64,000 bases of DNA from Felis catus (taxonomy: Eukaryota), in contig NC_058368.1 in the NCBI RefSeq assembly GCF_018350175.1, positions 155,622,001 through 155,686,000 on the forward strand. The letters run 5' to 3'. The notes beneath the pieces were generated by a model. The model worked only from the letters and a program-made list of their open reading frames with translations, was not told the DNA's origin and made no database searches. Below, one piece after another: positions 51,989 through 64,000 of this stretch; positions within the stretch are counted from its first letter, which is position 1; each line of letters starts with the position of its first letter. The position numbers and the translations under genes were made by a program.

Positions 51989-52461
51989 TCATAAAAAAGA
52001 ATGAGATTGTGCCATTTGAGACATGGATGGACCTAGAGGGTATTATGCTAAGTGAAATAAGTCAGACTGAGAAAGACAAATACCATATGACTCCACTCAT
52101 AAATAGAATCTAAAAAACAAAACAAAACAAAAAACCTAAAAAGCAGAATAAGAACTATAAATATAGGGAATAAACCAAGGGGATGAGGCAGGGGGTTGGG
52201 CAAAATGGGTGAAGGGGAAAGGGAGCGATAGGTCTCCAGTTATGGAATGGGTAAGTCATGGGAATAAAAAGCACAGCATAAGGAACACGGTCAATGACAT
52301 TATAATAGCAATGTAATGGGACAGATGGTAGCTATACTTGTGGTGAGCATAGCACGATGTATAAACTTGTCAAACTGCTAAGTTGTACACCTGAAACTAA
52401 TGTAACATTGTGTATCAATGACACTCAAATTAAAATATAAAAAAATAAAACTACCTTAAAG
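51989..52461 (+). mobile_element. 5'-truncated carnivore L1
   Basis: ORF2 end (gacctagagggtattatgctaagtgaaataagtcag), 3'UTR and A-rich tail; TSD aataga(c/t)tgtcat. Confidence 0.88.
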
Positions 52462-53444
52462 AATAGATTGTCATGGATCATGTTGGCACTAGAATATAAA
52501 AATTTAAACTGACATCAGATAGTAGAACTCAAAATTCCACAACAGTGAATCCACCTGGCTCATGAAGAAGCTACATGTCCTTACTCTCATTTTCTAAACA
52601 GTTAACACTTTTAGAGATCTAGAGCGATTGTTGCTAAAGTTACAAAACAAGAGCATGCTCTTCTGGTATTCTAAGAATATGTCTGCATTTTAAATTATTT
52701 GCCCTGGATTTTGTTGTGGTTGTTGTTAACAAATGCTGACTTCTGTAAGGTGGCGTTATCTGAAGACACAGAATATGGAAAGCCATTTGTGAAACGACAT
52801 AAAATTAAGAGTCAAACAGGCTGAGGATTTAGTGGAAAAGCAGAAAATGTGGTAATTAAATTTCCAAACTTGGAAAAATATACAGTTGTTAGATGGACTA
52901 TCAGAGAAAAAAACCTTTGGTCTGTTTTTTCCATCTGGCTGACATTTCACACAATGGATGTGACGCTGTGTAACTTTTCTTCACAGAATTGAGCATGATA
53001 TCTCTTATACAGTTTTAGTCCTTTACAGTATAAAAATCACTTTCACATTATATTACTAGAGGTGAAGAGTGGTCAAATTCTAGAGGATCTCAAAGAAGAG
53101 CGGGCTACAAGTGAACCCAGTACAAAGAATTTCAAATATTCGACTGTTTAGTAGGAGTAGTAGAATTGTAAATTGGTGAAAATCTTAACAGTTTAGTTCT
53201 TTGGATTAATTTACCTCTATTCTAGCCTCACTGAAGGTACCTGCAACTGCCATTTCTGTCCAAAGCCTCTGGCTTCTTGTATGTGTTAGCTTGGTTCATA
53301 GCCCTTCCCTCTCTTACTGCCTCCACTGGGAGTGAGCACTGATGAAGAATGCTGGAGAATAGCAATGATGGGGTAGGGCGAACACAGGAATGAAGATTGT
53401 TTAAGAGACAGACTCTAGATAGAATATAGAACAGGTGGAGGTGC

Positions 53445-53600
53445 AAGGTGGTTTTTATTAGGATCCATGGATAGGAACTCCTTTGGAATTCCTTGCAAAA
53501 TTCTGTCTGTACATGATAGGTATATTTTTCTGGCAGAGGGTCCTAAGCTTTCATTAGATTCTTAAAAGGATTTTAGTCTCTAAAAATAATAAGACCCTGT
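53445..53600 (-). mobile_element. hAT-Charlie fossil (Charlie4z-like)
   Basis: gcaaaattctgt...tttttctggcagagggtcctaagctttcattagattcttaaaagg. Confidence 0.6.
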
Positions 53601-54469
53601 AATTTCAATGTTCCCATATAGTCTTGGATGAACTTTGAAGTACCTGCTAAGTGAACTCTTCAAACAATGAAGATCAATTTCACACCTGTACCAATCTTTC
53701 AAAAATAAAGGACGACCTTCCATTTTTTGTTATAATGTCTTTAGTATGGTATCAATAGTTGAAAAAAAGTGATAAGAAAATTTGATGTCCTAGACATCAA
53801 CATCTCAAAGCTTCATGGCTTAAGAGGTTATGTATGATAAAATTATAATTAAGATACTATTTATTTTTATTTGTGTGTACAATGTTTATTTACATCTGAG
53901 TAGGACTTCATAAATTTCAAAATGAATAATAATTCTTATTTTATTCTTAAATAATATTGAAATATATACAAAACTTGAATTATTTTTCCCATTTGTGGAG
54001 GAGGAAACTGGTTGAGACTGAGAAATTGGTTAAAGGCCACACAGATACAAAATGACACAACTCTGCATTGTCCCTGCCTTTAAGTCCTGTGTTCTTTCAT
54101 GAAAGTCACATGGGGTCTATTTCTCAGTAATATATCATAATGCTCTTACATAAATGAACTCACTTGATTAATCTCCTTTTCTTTACAGTATTTCAGTAAC
54201 ACAGTATTTCATTGACTTGGACATTTAAAAATGGTTAAAGAAATTCAAATCCAGATCAGTAAAGAATGTTGAAATTCTAAAAATCATACCAACATAGAAA
54301 TCAGTCATGTGCTAAACCAGACTATCAGCAGCATTTAAAAATTATTGTTACAGTTCTAAAGTAAAATGATGTCTGGGGTAAGAGGGAAAATTAAATATTT
54401 CTTTAAAACATGCTGATGATTTGAAAATACAAAGTATTTGATGCTGCCACCTGATATTTTTGCCCCTTG

Positions 54470-54650
54470 CTTTTTTTTACATTTATTTATTTTTGAAAGA
54501 GAGAGAGAGGAGAGGGGCATAGAGAGAGAATCCCAAGGAGCCTCCACACTCTCAGCACAGAGCCCGATGTGGGATTCGAACCCATGAACTGTGAGATCGT
54601 GACCTGAGCCGAAATCAAGACTGAGTCACTGAGTGACTGAGTCACTGTCT
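54470..54650 (-). mobile_element. CanSINE with rearranged 5' end
   Basis: cagcacagagcccgatgtggg...gagatcgtgacctgagccgaaatcaaga. Confidence 0.85.
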
Positions 54651-55965
54651 CCCTTTCTTAATTGTATTTATCTCTTCATAGTCCTCTCAGCTTCTACAAA
54701 ATTAATTTGCTCTTTTATTCCCCATATTGAGTGTTCCTAGTCTGACAAAAGCTTAACTAACCCAATAAATATGAAGTACTTTGAACAGATTAAAAACATA
54801 TACCATCTGTATACAGGCTCATCATACTCTTAAAATTTTTGGAGTTTGTATTATTTTTTTTTCTAGAGTAAGATTTTAAACATTAAGTAACTGTAACAAG
54901 AAAAGAAAGCCTATCAGACCCTAAGAGTATTTGGTGAGATGAAGATCAGGGGATGGGGGGTGTGGTGTGGGAGGGCCATTGTCAGCAGTAGCCAGCCTTG
55001 CTCCCCTCCATGTGCACTATGGCCCTTCCTGCTACCATTTCTCCCCCGAAATCACACAGATCTTTTCTGTCCACGTACCTCCCCTCACCATGCTTTCTGC
55101 AAGGCCCTCAGAGGAAGGACCTGCCTACTATCTTCACAGGTACCTGGCCAAATCCAAATGTTCATGTCCCTTTAAAAGTTCCTTTATTCCCTTTCTGTAC
55201 CTATTTCATTTTTCCCACACATCTATCATGAACTACTTTTAGAAAAGGAAAGCACAGACTCTTTTACTTCTACCAAATTAAGTTAAAAAGTTGCTGTCCA
55301 CTTGTCTTAGCTTAGACGATAAGCTTTTGAAGGCAGGGGGATGTTCATGTTAGACACTCTGCCATGAGTCTTTGGAAGCAGTTTCATATCTCTAGCTGAG
55401 GGTCTTGGGTTTTGGAAATTATGAATCCAACCCAACACAAGGTTCAGTTCTCTCAACATAAAGAAGTGAACCCTGCATTGGGTTTGTCTTCACCCTAACC
55501 TAAAAGAAGTGCATTATTTCATTTTCCCATATTTGTGGCCCAGCAGCTATAGTGCTCAGAATAAATTATCTTAGATTTTAAAGTCCAAGGGGGCCTCCGG
55601 AAAGAAGGCAGTGTGAGTTGGGGGTAGGGATGTGATAGGTGCATACAGGTCCGTATCTATATTAGCATATATAATATGTTTTAAACATGTTTTTGAGGGA
55701 AATGTCTTAATGTCTTTCATCAGCAAAAGTCACTACCTTCCTTTAAAATTCTGACATGTGCTACACATATGCACTGTGAGGGTTACAGCATGTGAATCGC
55801 TTGTACAGGAAAGAATATTCTGAAAGAAAATCAAATAATGCATGTTTCCATCAGATTAGGATCTGATACTACTGCACATTTATAAATCTGAGGATCATTA
55901 CTACTGCATGAGCATGAATGAATCATCACTCTGATTAATAGCACAGTTGAGATGTCTTTTAAAAA

Positions 55966-55968
<3 letters not shown>

Positions 55969-56006
<38 letters not shown>
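55969..56006. repeat. (TG)n microsatellite
   Basis: Direct observation. Confidence 0.95.
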
Positions 56007-56009
<3 letters not shown>

Positions 56010-56684
56010 AATAGATTAGCTCCCTCTCGAGCTCCTGGAGTTAAGATTGCGGATTAAGCTGTTTCAAAGGTTTGAAAAGTGTGAAAATGTGGCACCTTGT
56101 AACATTTTTGTTGTGCAGATTATAATTACACTCAGTGCTTCTAGTTGAGTGTAGTTTTTATGTAGTTTGATAAGCCATGATACTTTACCACAAACCTCTC
56201 CCATCACTTTACATTTGTGCCTGTACATCTCCTGGCTCATGGCACACTGCCCTGTGTGCTATCAGGCCCACTGGGTTGGAAATGTATGTTGGGCCAAGAT
56301 GACTAATCAGCCGACGCTGGGTTTGGCAGAGTCTTTTCTGTTAATGTCTTCCTGAAGATTCTTTTGTACATGTCAATCCCAATAGTGTGCTATTCACAGA
56401 ACAAATATCACTTTTGCCACAATATTGAAACCTCGGTCCTGTCACCCAAGGCCCTTGAAGTACCTCTAGTGATTACAGTGAAATATACACACTTCAGTAG
56501 ATGAAATATGAAGACTAAACTGCCCAGCAGGAAATCCAGACAACTGTGACATTCAGCTCTCACATGCTACTCAGTTCACATTTCTAATCTGCATTCACTT
56601 CTTTTTTTTTCTTCTCTTCTTCTTCTCCTTCTTTTTCTTTTTCTTTTTGGAAAGTAGAAACTTTCGAGTAAGCAGTCTTTATGA

Positions 56685-56930
56685 GGGATGCAGTGGTTAG
56701 GTTCAAGGATTTTGGAATCAGATTCCCTTGTTTCAAATCCCTGTTCTGCCGCTTCCGGCAATGATCCCTTGAGTGAATTATTTCAATTTTTTCTGGGTCT
56801 CAGTTGCATCACAGGTAAGAGGGAGATGGTAAATACATCTAACTCATAGAGTTATTTTGAGTTGAAATGAACCGAATATAAAGCGACTAGTGGAGGATGT
56901 GGCACATAGTACACAATTATAATAGATGAT
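56685..56930 (+). mobile_element. MIR
   Basis: gcagtggttagg...ttggaatcagat...ttcaaatccctgttctgcc...tctgggtctcagtt...ctcatagagttattttgag. Confidence 0.7.
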
Positions 56931-57844
56931 ACCATAAAAACACACCAGACAAACTACTCCATATTTGTACACTAGCCTTTCTCAGTGTAAAAGGTAACAG
57001 AAGCTTACCCAAGAATACCTTTAATGACAAATACTGGTTTTTAAAAAGACACAGGTCCATGAAAGAGAAGAAACTTATGACAGGCTGGTTTTGCTTTAGA
57101 GTACATGGTTCAGTAATTCTAAAACTACCTGGCTGAGAAATAGAAAGAGGTGCTTATTGTGTTTGCTTAAGATCTTGTAATCAGAACACTGGACCTGTAA
57201 TAGCACTATGCGCTTAAAAATTACAACAGAATTGGTGAAGCCATACTGTGGCAGCTCTCGTTTCCTGCCATCAGTGAGCCCTTTCAGAATTACTTGGGCC
57301 AGCAACAAAGCATGGAGCCGTGGCATAGCAGTGCCAAGCTGGCAGCGAGTCCCTGTACCACTTTGTTTCCTACATAGAGGAAGTATAGCTGACTACATTT
57401 AAAAAAAAAAAGAAGACAATCACAGAGATACAAAGTATGTCGGGAGGAAGGCAGCATAGTGTTGCAGTTAAAAGCATGCATGAGCTTTGGAACTCCTTGT
57501 CCCTAAATTTTAATTTTTGGTTCATCATTATGAGAATACAAAAATGGGAATAATAATAGTAGTAGTTACCTCATAGGATCACCGAAGGACAACTGAGACA
57601 AAGCATGGGAGCAATCAATATTGTCAGCTGCTATCATTATTACCTTGACATTCATTTTAAATTTCTGAAATCTGCTCTTCCTTTTAAATATGCTATCTAT
57701 GTACTCTTCAGTGACATCAACATTTGCACAAATTGGGTAGCAGTTGTGTGTCCTACAACTACTACATCCCCTGCTCCATCCCCTAATTATGTAAAGCGAT
57801 TTGGGCTTGCTTAAATGATTGTAGAGACAATGATTAGGTATAAA

Positions 57845-57978
57845 TAGGATAACTACACATTCTAATTAGCCCGGGACATTCCTGGTTCATAACTACTGCC
57901 CTGGCATAATTATCAGTCATGTCTCTTTCCACTGTTAAAAGTATCCTAGTTTGGATGATAAATTATATGGTCACTATA
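57845..57978 (-). mobile_element. MER94-like hAT-Blackjack MITE
   Basis: gcccgggacattcctgg...aaaagtatcctagtttggatgataaattatatggtcac matches the recalled consensus. Confidence 0.75.
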
Positions 57979-59113
57979 TATACAACAGAAGTTCAATGGT
58001 ACTCTAGCAAACAGGTAGATCTTACAAAGTTTCAATGCTCAAAAATTTAAGCATACACCCCAAAGCGATAAAGTTATCACTATAAAAATAATCATGTAGG
58101 AAGACATACAAGAAATATTTCCAGAAGTTCCTAAGTTTAAAATTTAAGGGCAAGCCTTAGTGCTGTGCTGAGCCCCTCACAGACGGACATACAGCTTCAC
58201 ACCCTGGGTAGATAAACATGGCCAGCTGGAGCTCCACGGTAGCAACAGGATAAGACAACATTCTCTTTTCCTGTGCTTTGAAGCCCTAGCTACAATTCTT
58301 ACAACCTTTGTCTAATTTCAGGAAGGAAAAGGCTCTCCACAGGCAAGAACCCCAAGGGATAGGGTATGTAAACTGAAACTTCTTGGGTCACATGTATTTA
58401 TGAAGATAAGTCTCCAGCCACCAGTTAGGGAATGGCAAGTTATGATTTAGTATTGTAGGTGGCCAGAAGAGAGCAGTAATAACTTCCTTTTCCTTTTCTG
58501 CCTAGACTATGCTGCCACGTGCAGGCTCCTACAGGGACAAAAAAAGCATACATGGAAGGTAGGTTTAAAAGAAAATGAAAACAAACAAACAAACAAACAA
58601 ATACAAGTGATTGACAATCTGGGAACTGGAAAAGATGACCAGTGCTTTACAAAAAATACATAGCGACAGAAAAAAGGCAACAGTTTGAAAAACTACATCA
58701 ATCATGAAAGTGGCAAGTTAATTGTAAGGAAAAAAATAAAAGAGGTCACATATTAAGAAAACAGTGTAAGGATTCATCAAAGTGATTTCTTTGATTAAAA
58801 TGTTTTACGATGTAATGTCATAAGACTGATCATAAGAAGGCAGGATATTATAAAACATAGCTTTAAAAATTATAATGAACATAAATCAAGTGGATATATT
58901 AAAAAGATGTAAGTAAGAACTAAACACTGCCAGTCTAAAAAACTGGGGCAGGCTTGGCAAAGGAGATGTTTAACTGGTGACAATACATAGTCTTAGATGG
59001 AACAATGAGAAAACTTATTAAAACCTTATAAATGTACGATACACACAGAAATGTTTCTGATACAAATAAGTAGTAAGCATGTTCACAATACTCAGTTTGA
59101 AAATCACTTATGA

Positions 59114-59241
59114 CAGACGAATGCGTGGCTCAGTCGGTTAAGCATCAGACTCTTGGTTTTGGCTCAGGCCATGATCTTGCAGTTCGTGGGTTCGAGCCCT
59201 GTGTCACGCTCCGTGCTGACAGTGAAGAGCCTACTTGGGAT

Positions 59242-59275
<34 letters not shown>

Positions 59276-59350
59276 CCCCTCTCTCTCTGCCCCTCCCCTG
59301 CTTGTGCGCTCTCTCTCTCAAAATAAATAAACTTAAAAAAAAATTAAATA
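59114..59350 (+). mobile_element. CanSINE with non-canonical 5' bases
   Basis: TSD aaaatcacttatga at 59100-59113 and 59351-59364; head reads cagacgaatgc-gtggctcag. Confidence 0.92.
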
Positions 59351-59659
59351 AAAATCACTTATGAGCCTTTATCAATTGGCATATGCCAGAGATCCTTTTG
59401 TATATACAGAATTTGTCAATCACTGAATGGTTTAAAAACTTGCGGCAAAAGATTTCATTAGGTCAGGCAGAAGCAAGGAATACACATCTGGCTGAGAAAG
59501 TGTTAATACACTCGTTTTAAAGCACACCATTTTATTTTGGTCTGGGAAAAAGAAAGGTAAAGAGATAAGGTTTCTTGCCACAAAGATATATAATAGATAA
59601 CGAGAGTATAGGAGATTATGTTATTTAACAAATTTTTCTTAAAAGCTTTTACATTAGTC

Positions 59660-59800
59660 AGGTGTGAGGTGATGGATATGTTGACTGACTTGGCTGTGGT
59701 GAATATTTCACAATGTATACAGATATCGAGGTTATCAGGTTGTATACCTTAAATATATACAATTTCAGTCATCAATTATACCTCACTAGACCTGGAAAAA
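59660..59800 (+). mobile_element. L1MB-type 3' end
   Basis: gtgaggtgatggatatgtt...tttcacaatgtatac...tgtataccttaaatatatacaattt...caattatacctca. Confidence 0.75.
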
Positions 59801-60114
59801 AGAAACCTTTATTTTGAATTTCTACATAGATGTTTGGTGTGTTTTAAATTCTACTAAAGTTTTTCAAAGTTATTTTATAACTTTAAAAATATTTTTGCAA
59901 AAAATTCAAGTTTCAATTACTTTATCTTAAGGACTGTATACTCTGTTACCTGGAATAAACAGGGAAAGCAATATTGTAATTTATCAGCTGTTTTAGGTAA
60001 TGCACTATTACTACAAAGTTGAGGAAGACATGATTTCTGACCTTTGGGAAGAACTCCCAATTTAGGAAGGAAGGCATGTTCAGGTAAGTTCTGTAGAGCC
60101 CTTTAACATTCTGA

Positions 60115-60146
<32 letters not shown>

Positions 60147-60603
60147 AGAACAATTTCTTTTTAAGTACATTGGTAGCTGAAGGATTATGTACCTGTTTTT
60201 TTTACATGAGGAAATTGATGTTTAGAGAACATGACTTGCCCGTATCACATAGTTACTAAGTTGGCACTGCTACATCTTTTAACTCCAAATCCCATGTCTT
60301 TACATCATGGCTATCTGTATATAATATCTTAAATGTTCTCTCTTGAAATACTTGTTACAGTGGTAAGGATTAGTTCACGGTCTTTCTTTCCCACTGAAAT
60401 GGAGGCTCCATGAGGGCAGGATCATATTTGCCAAGTCAGCAACACATCACCATTCCCTGCACAATGACTGACCTATGCTAAGTGCTCAGAAACTACTTGT
60501 GAAACAAACAGAGGTGCTATTTACAGAAATGCAATAGATAAGGGAAAGTAATGGTTAGCAAGTTAGAGTGATGTCTGGTTTGGAGCATTAAGAAACAGAC
60601 TAT

Positions 60604-60988
60604 ATTGTAGGTTGGATTCCCGAGGAAACAGACTCTGAAATGGAATTCAGCATGCAGGATGTTCACAAAGGATGATCAACATCTGAGGAAGGTGTAGGGG
60701 GTAAAACAAAGCAGGAATGGGCAGAGAGAGAAGTCAAGGTGAGATGGAAGTCCAACGATCATCTCATACAACCCCAGGGAAGCTCTGCACCTAGAATGAC
60801 CCTTTGGAGTCATTCTAAGCTGGGCCTAGATGGGTTGGCCTTTAATCACCCATACTGTTCTGTCTTTGAATATGAGCCCCCACAGCAGCCAAGTCAATCC
60901 CTGTCTTATGAAAGCACTCTTAACAGTGGGGGCAACAGAATCCTTTATTGAAGGAGTAAGTGGGCAGTGTATCACAATGTCCACCACA
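60604..60988 (-). mobile_element. ERV-L solo LTR (LTR33-like)
   Basis: aggttggattccc...aaacagactctga...gggcagagagagaagtc...gggaagctctg...gtccaccaca. Confidence 0.7.
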
Positions 60989-62283
60989 GGCCGTAACTGA
61001 AATTAAGCATTAGCCTACTGTCCATTCAAATCTAAATCGTCCTTCTAATCTGCCTAGCACTTAGTATTTGTGTACTCAAGATTGCATTATGATTTAACTC
61101 ACTAATATCTATGAGATCAAGTAAATTCCTCTTGGATTTTAGGTCTCTCACAATCTAATTCCATATTATCTATCCTGTCAAATTTTGCATTATCCCCCAA
61201 CTAAAGATTCTAAAGGAAAAACACAAAGTCAAAATATGGAGACACACTGACTATTAAAAAGCATAAAGACATCAAAATCACAAAATTCAAAAATTATCTT
61301 ACAAACCCATTGGGAATGATTTGATTTCTTGGATTTCAAATGAAATGTGTATGTCAGAAAAGCAAGGTATACTTGTGATTTCAAATCTGAGTGCAAAATA
61401 ACCCCAAACTTCAAATAAAGTATGCAATAGTCACTTAGTGTCTGCCATCATAAACTCAAACCTGGCGGTGTTGGTAGGGAAAAAGGAAGGGTGTGCACGA
61501 ACAGGGAAGTTTCACTGTAAAAGTAGTTGGGTTGGCTTTTCAAATGGCAGCCTTGATGATATAAATAAAGACTGTGCTATCTAAATTTGGGGATTCAATA
61601 AAGACACTTAAAAGATTTTTATTCTATCCAAGATCTTAGTTACTCCATGTCCTGAGATGTTTCTGAATTTTTGCCTCTAGGAATTGAGGGTAATCTTCAT
61701 TTGACCATATTTCTTCAAATGCAGGGCTCAGATTTATGCAAAAAAGTGCGGCATAAACTGGAAGGGGACTGTTAACTTTTAGATTCTAGTGTAGGCATTG
61801 ACCCATCGATACAGGAAAGCAAGACCACGTAAATATTCCTAAAACCAGATGTGTTAATCAACTGTGAGTTATGAGAGTTATCAAACATTGGGAAGAGGTT
61901 GACACTCATTTTTAAGGGGAAAGTGACATCATTATAGTAAGCAGAAGTCACAGACTTCCTACATGGTTTGACGATATTTGGACAAGAATCTCCAGATGGC
62001 TCTTCTACCTGGGAGGTTATGCTAAGTACTTGGAGCTTATGTGCCTGCTTAAACATTCAAGTGAATATTGTTGCTGGAAGAAATTTCTATTCAACTACCT
62101 ATGAGGGCTGTTTAAATGCAAACTCTACTGACCAACAAATATAGGACGATCCTTTAAGTTAGGGTATTAAAAGATGATTCTGATTATATGTTGGAATCAT
62201 TTTTCTTATGAAAGCACATATCACATTTCTGAAGTGATAAAGTAAGTCTGTGGGAATAAATGGCTTGAAATAGATTCATTTGA

Positions 62284-62457
62284 GGGGCTCCTGGGTGGCT
62301 CAGTTGGTTAAATGTCTGACTTCAGCTCAGGTCATGATCTCACAGTTTGTGAGTTCCAGCTCTGCACTAGGCTCTGTGCTGACAGTGCAGAGCCTGCTTT
62401 GTATCCTCTGTCTCTTTCTCTCTCTGCCCCTCCTCTGCTCGTGCACACACACACACA

Positions 62458-62491
<34 letters not shown>

Positions 62492-62515
62492 AATAAACAA
62501 ACATAAAAAAAACAA
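62284..62515 (+). mobile_element. CanSINE with (CA)n(CT)n
   Basis: TSD gaaatagattcatttga at 62267-62283 and 62516-62532. Confidence 0.94.
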
Positions 62516-64000
62516 GAAATAGATTCATTTGAGATCGGACTTTTTAGGATTGTATTTACTGCACAAAACCATGTAAGCATTAAAAGGAAGAAAAGATAGG
62601 GCTGGAATGAAAGTAGGTATTTACGTATATGGCTACATCTTCACCTCACAGATAGAGCACGTATACAAACTGTAGTAAAAGAGCATTCTGAGTTCATATA
62701 CCAGTGAACTATAAACAACAGTCACTGGTACACTAAGTGTCCTCTATCAACATCCACTGTAATGGCAAACGCTGGAGTAGCACTTCAGATCACTAACAGG
62801 AAGAAGAGAACCCTGAAACCTATCATTTAGACACCTGATGACAGCTCTGATGCAAGATGGCAGTGAAAAATTTATACCGAGGAAGGGTTGATGTGTGAAT
62901 GAAGGAGAATTATTCTCCAAGCTGTGTTTTAAAATTCCTTCACGTGTCTGTTCATTAGCACTTCTTTGGGGGAGATTCCACTAGTTGAGTCAGGAATTTA
63001 GGGTCTATATTCCATTATCATTAAATATTGCCTCAGTTACATGAATATGAAATAATTCAAACAGTAAGAAATCTAAAATAAATAAACTCAGCACAGTACA
63101 TGATGTTTAATAAGCTTCAGCATTTATTACAGTAGGAAGCAGAATTTTTGTTACATCACACCTTTTGTTAAGTAACCAGTTTAGCCAACAGGTAATCCTC
63201 TAAAATGGCAAAGATATAAAATAGAGTCAGTAGTTCACTCATTTAGAAATTCAATTATATGTCACTGTTTCATAGCAGGTTAATTACTCCATTTACATTT
63301 TTGCAATTTTAGAATAGTGCATGAAAGGCGACAGACTGACAGCACTGCCGACTGAAATTCTTACACTATCTTCCTGAGTGTGAATAATATAAAAGACAAT
63401 GTACAAAACAGAACTACACAGAGGTTTTACGTGGTGAGGTTCTCAGTGAAACAGACATGGTGCGGAAATGGGAGAAGAAGAGAGGTGCTTTCAGAAAAAC
63501 TTTATTGAAGAGATAAGGCAAAGGGGAAGTGGTCAATTGGTAGGTAGTTTCTATGCTGTCCTTCTAGGCATATATGTATGAAAGAATGGAGGTCAAATAT
63601 CTACAAAACATCAATGTGTCTGAAGGGAGGCCTGCGAATGACATTCAAGAGAAGTTCAAAGAAGAAATCTTAGGCAAAAAAGAAACAGTGACTCCTTGTA
63701 GGGAAGGTTATCATAATCAGGAGTGTAACAAGACGCAGAAAAAAAGATACTGCCACAGACAGATCACAAAAGAAGACAATGCATAGGCATGAGGAACAAA
63801 TGTTGAATTTCCATAGTTCTGATCCTAACCCTCTTTCACAAGAACCCAACCTGCCATCCCTCACTGTGGGTGTCATGATGAAATCTACCATACTACTTTC
63901 TGTCACTGAGTTGTCAGCAAAAGCAAAGCTTCCCTAAGTCTGTCTCTTCCTACACAAGCTCCAGCACGTACTATGATCTATTAGTCATTTTCCTCCTCAC

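Noticed and set aside
1..64000. CRISPR arrays, operons, tRNA/rRNA genes
   Set aside because: Eukaryotic intronic DNA; the tRNA-like boxes belong to CanSINE heads and no regularly spaced repeat array was seen.

Overview
Mammalian genomic DNA from a carnivore, almost certainly a felid: it holds many tRNA-derived CanSINEs (SINEC_Fc type) and carnivore L1 3' ends. The window lies inside the gene ARB2A/FAM172A on the minus strand. Two short coding exons are present (50464-50580 and 42487-42571); the terminal exon and the upstream exons fall outside the window. Nested in the same orientation in the following intron is the intronless Oct4-derived retrogene POU5F2/Sprm1 (21511-22524). It is a GC-rich island with a consensus CTCF/BORIS motif about 90 bp upstream of the ATG. 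The rest is AT-rich intron containing SINEs, L1, L2, MIR, MaLR/ERVL LTRs, an ERV-L integrase/dUTPase relic, DNA-transposon fossils and microsatellites. I found no well-supported new biological system. The best leads are: substitutions at key DNA-binding positions of this POU5F2; its retained Oct4-like UTRs and C-terminus; a CTCF motif overlapping a splice acceptor at its promoter; candidate poison or alternative exons of ARB2A; a composite L1 bounded by a single TSD; a templated 41-bp insertion; and two minimal TSD-flanked retro-insertions. Gene and repeat-family names come from recalled sequences, not from database searches.
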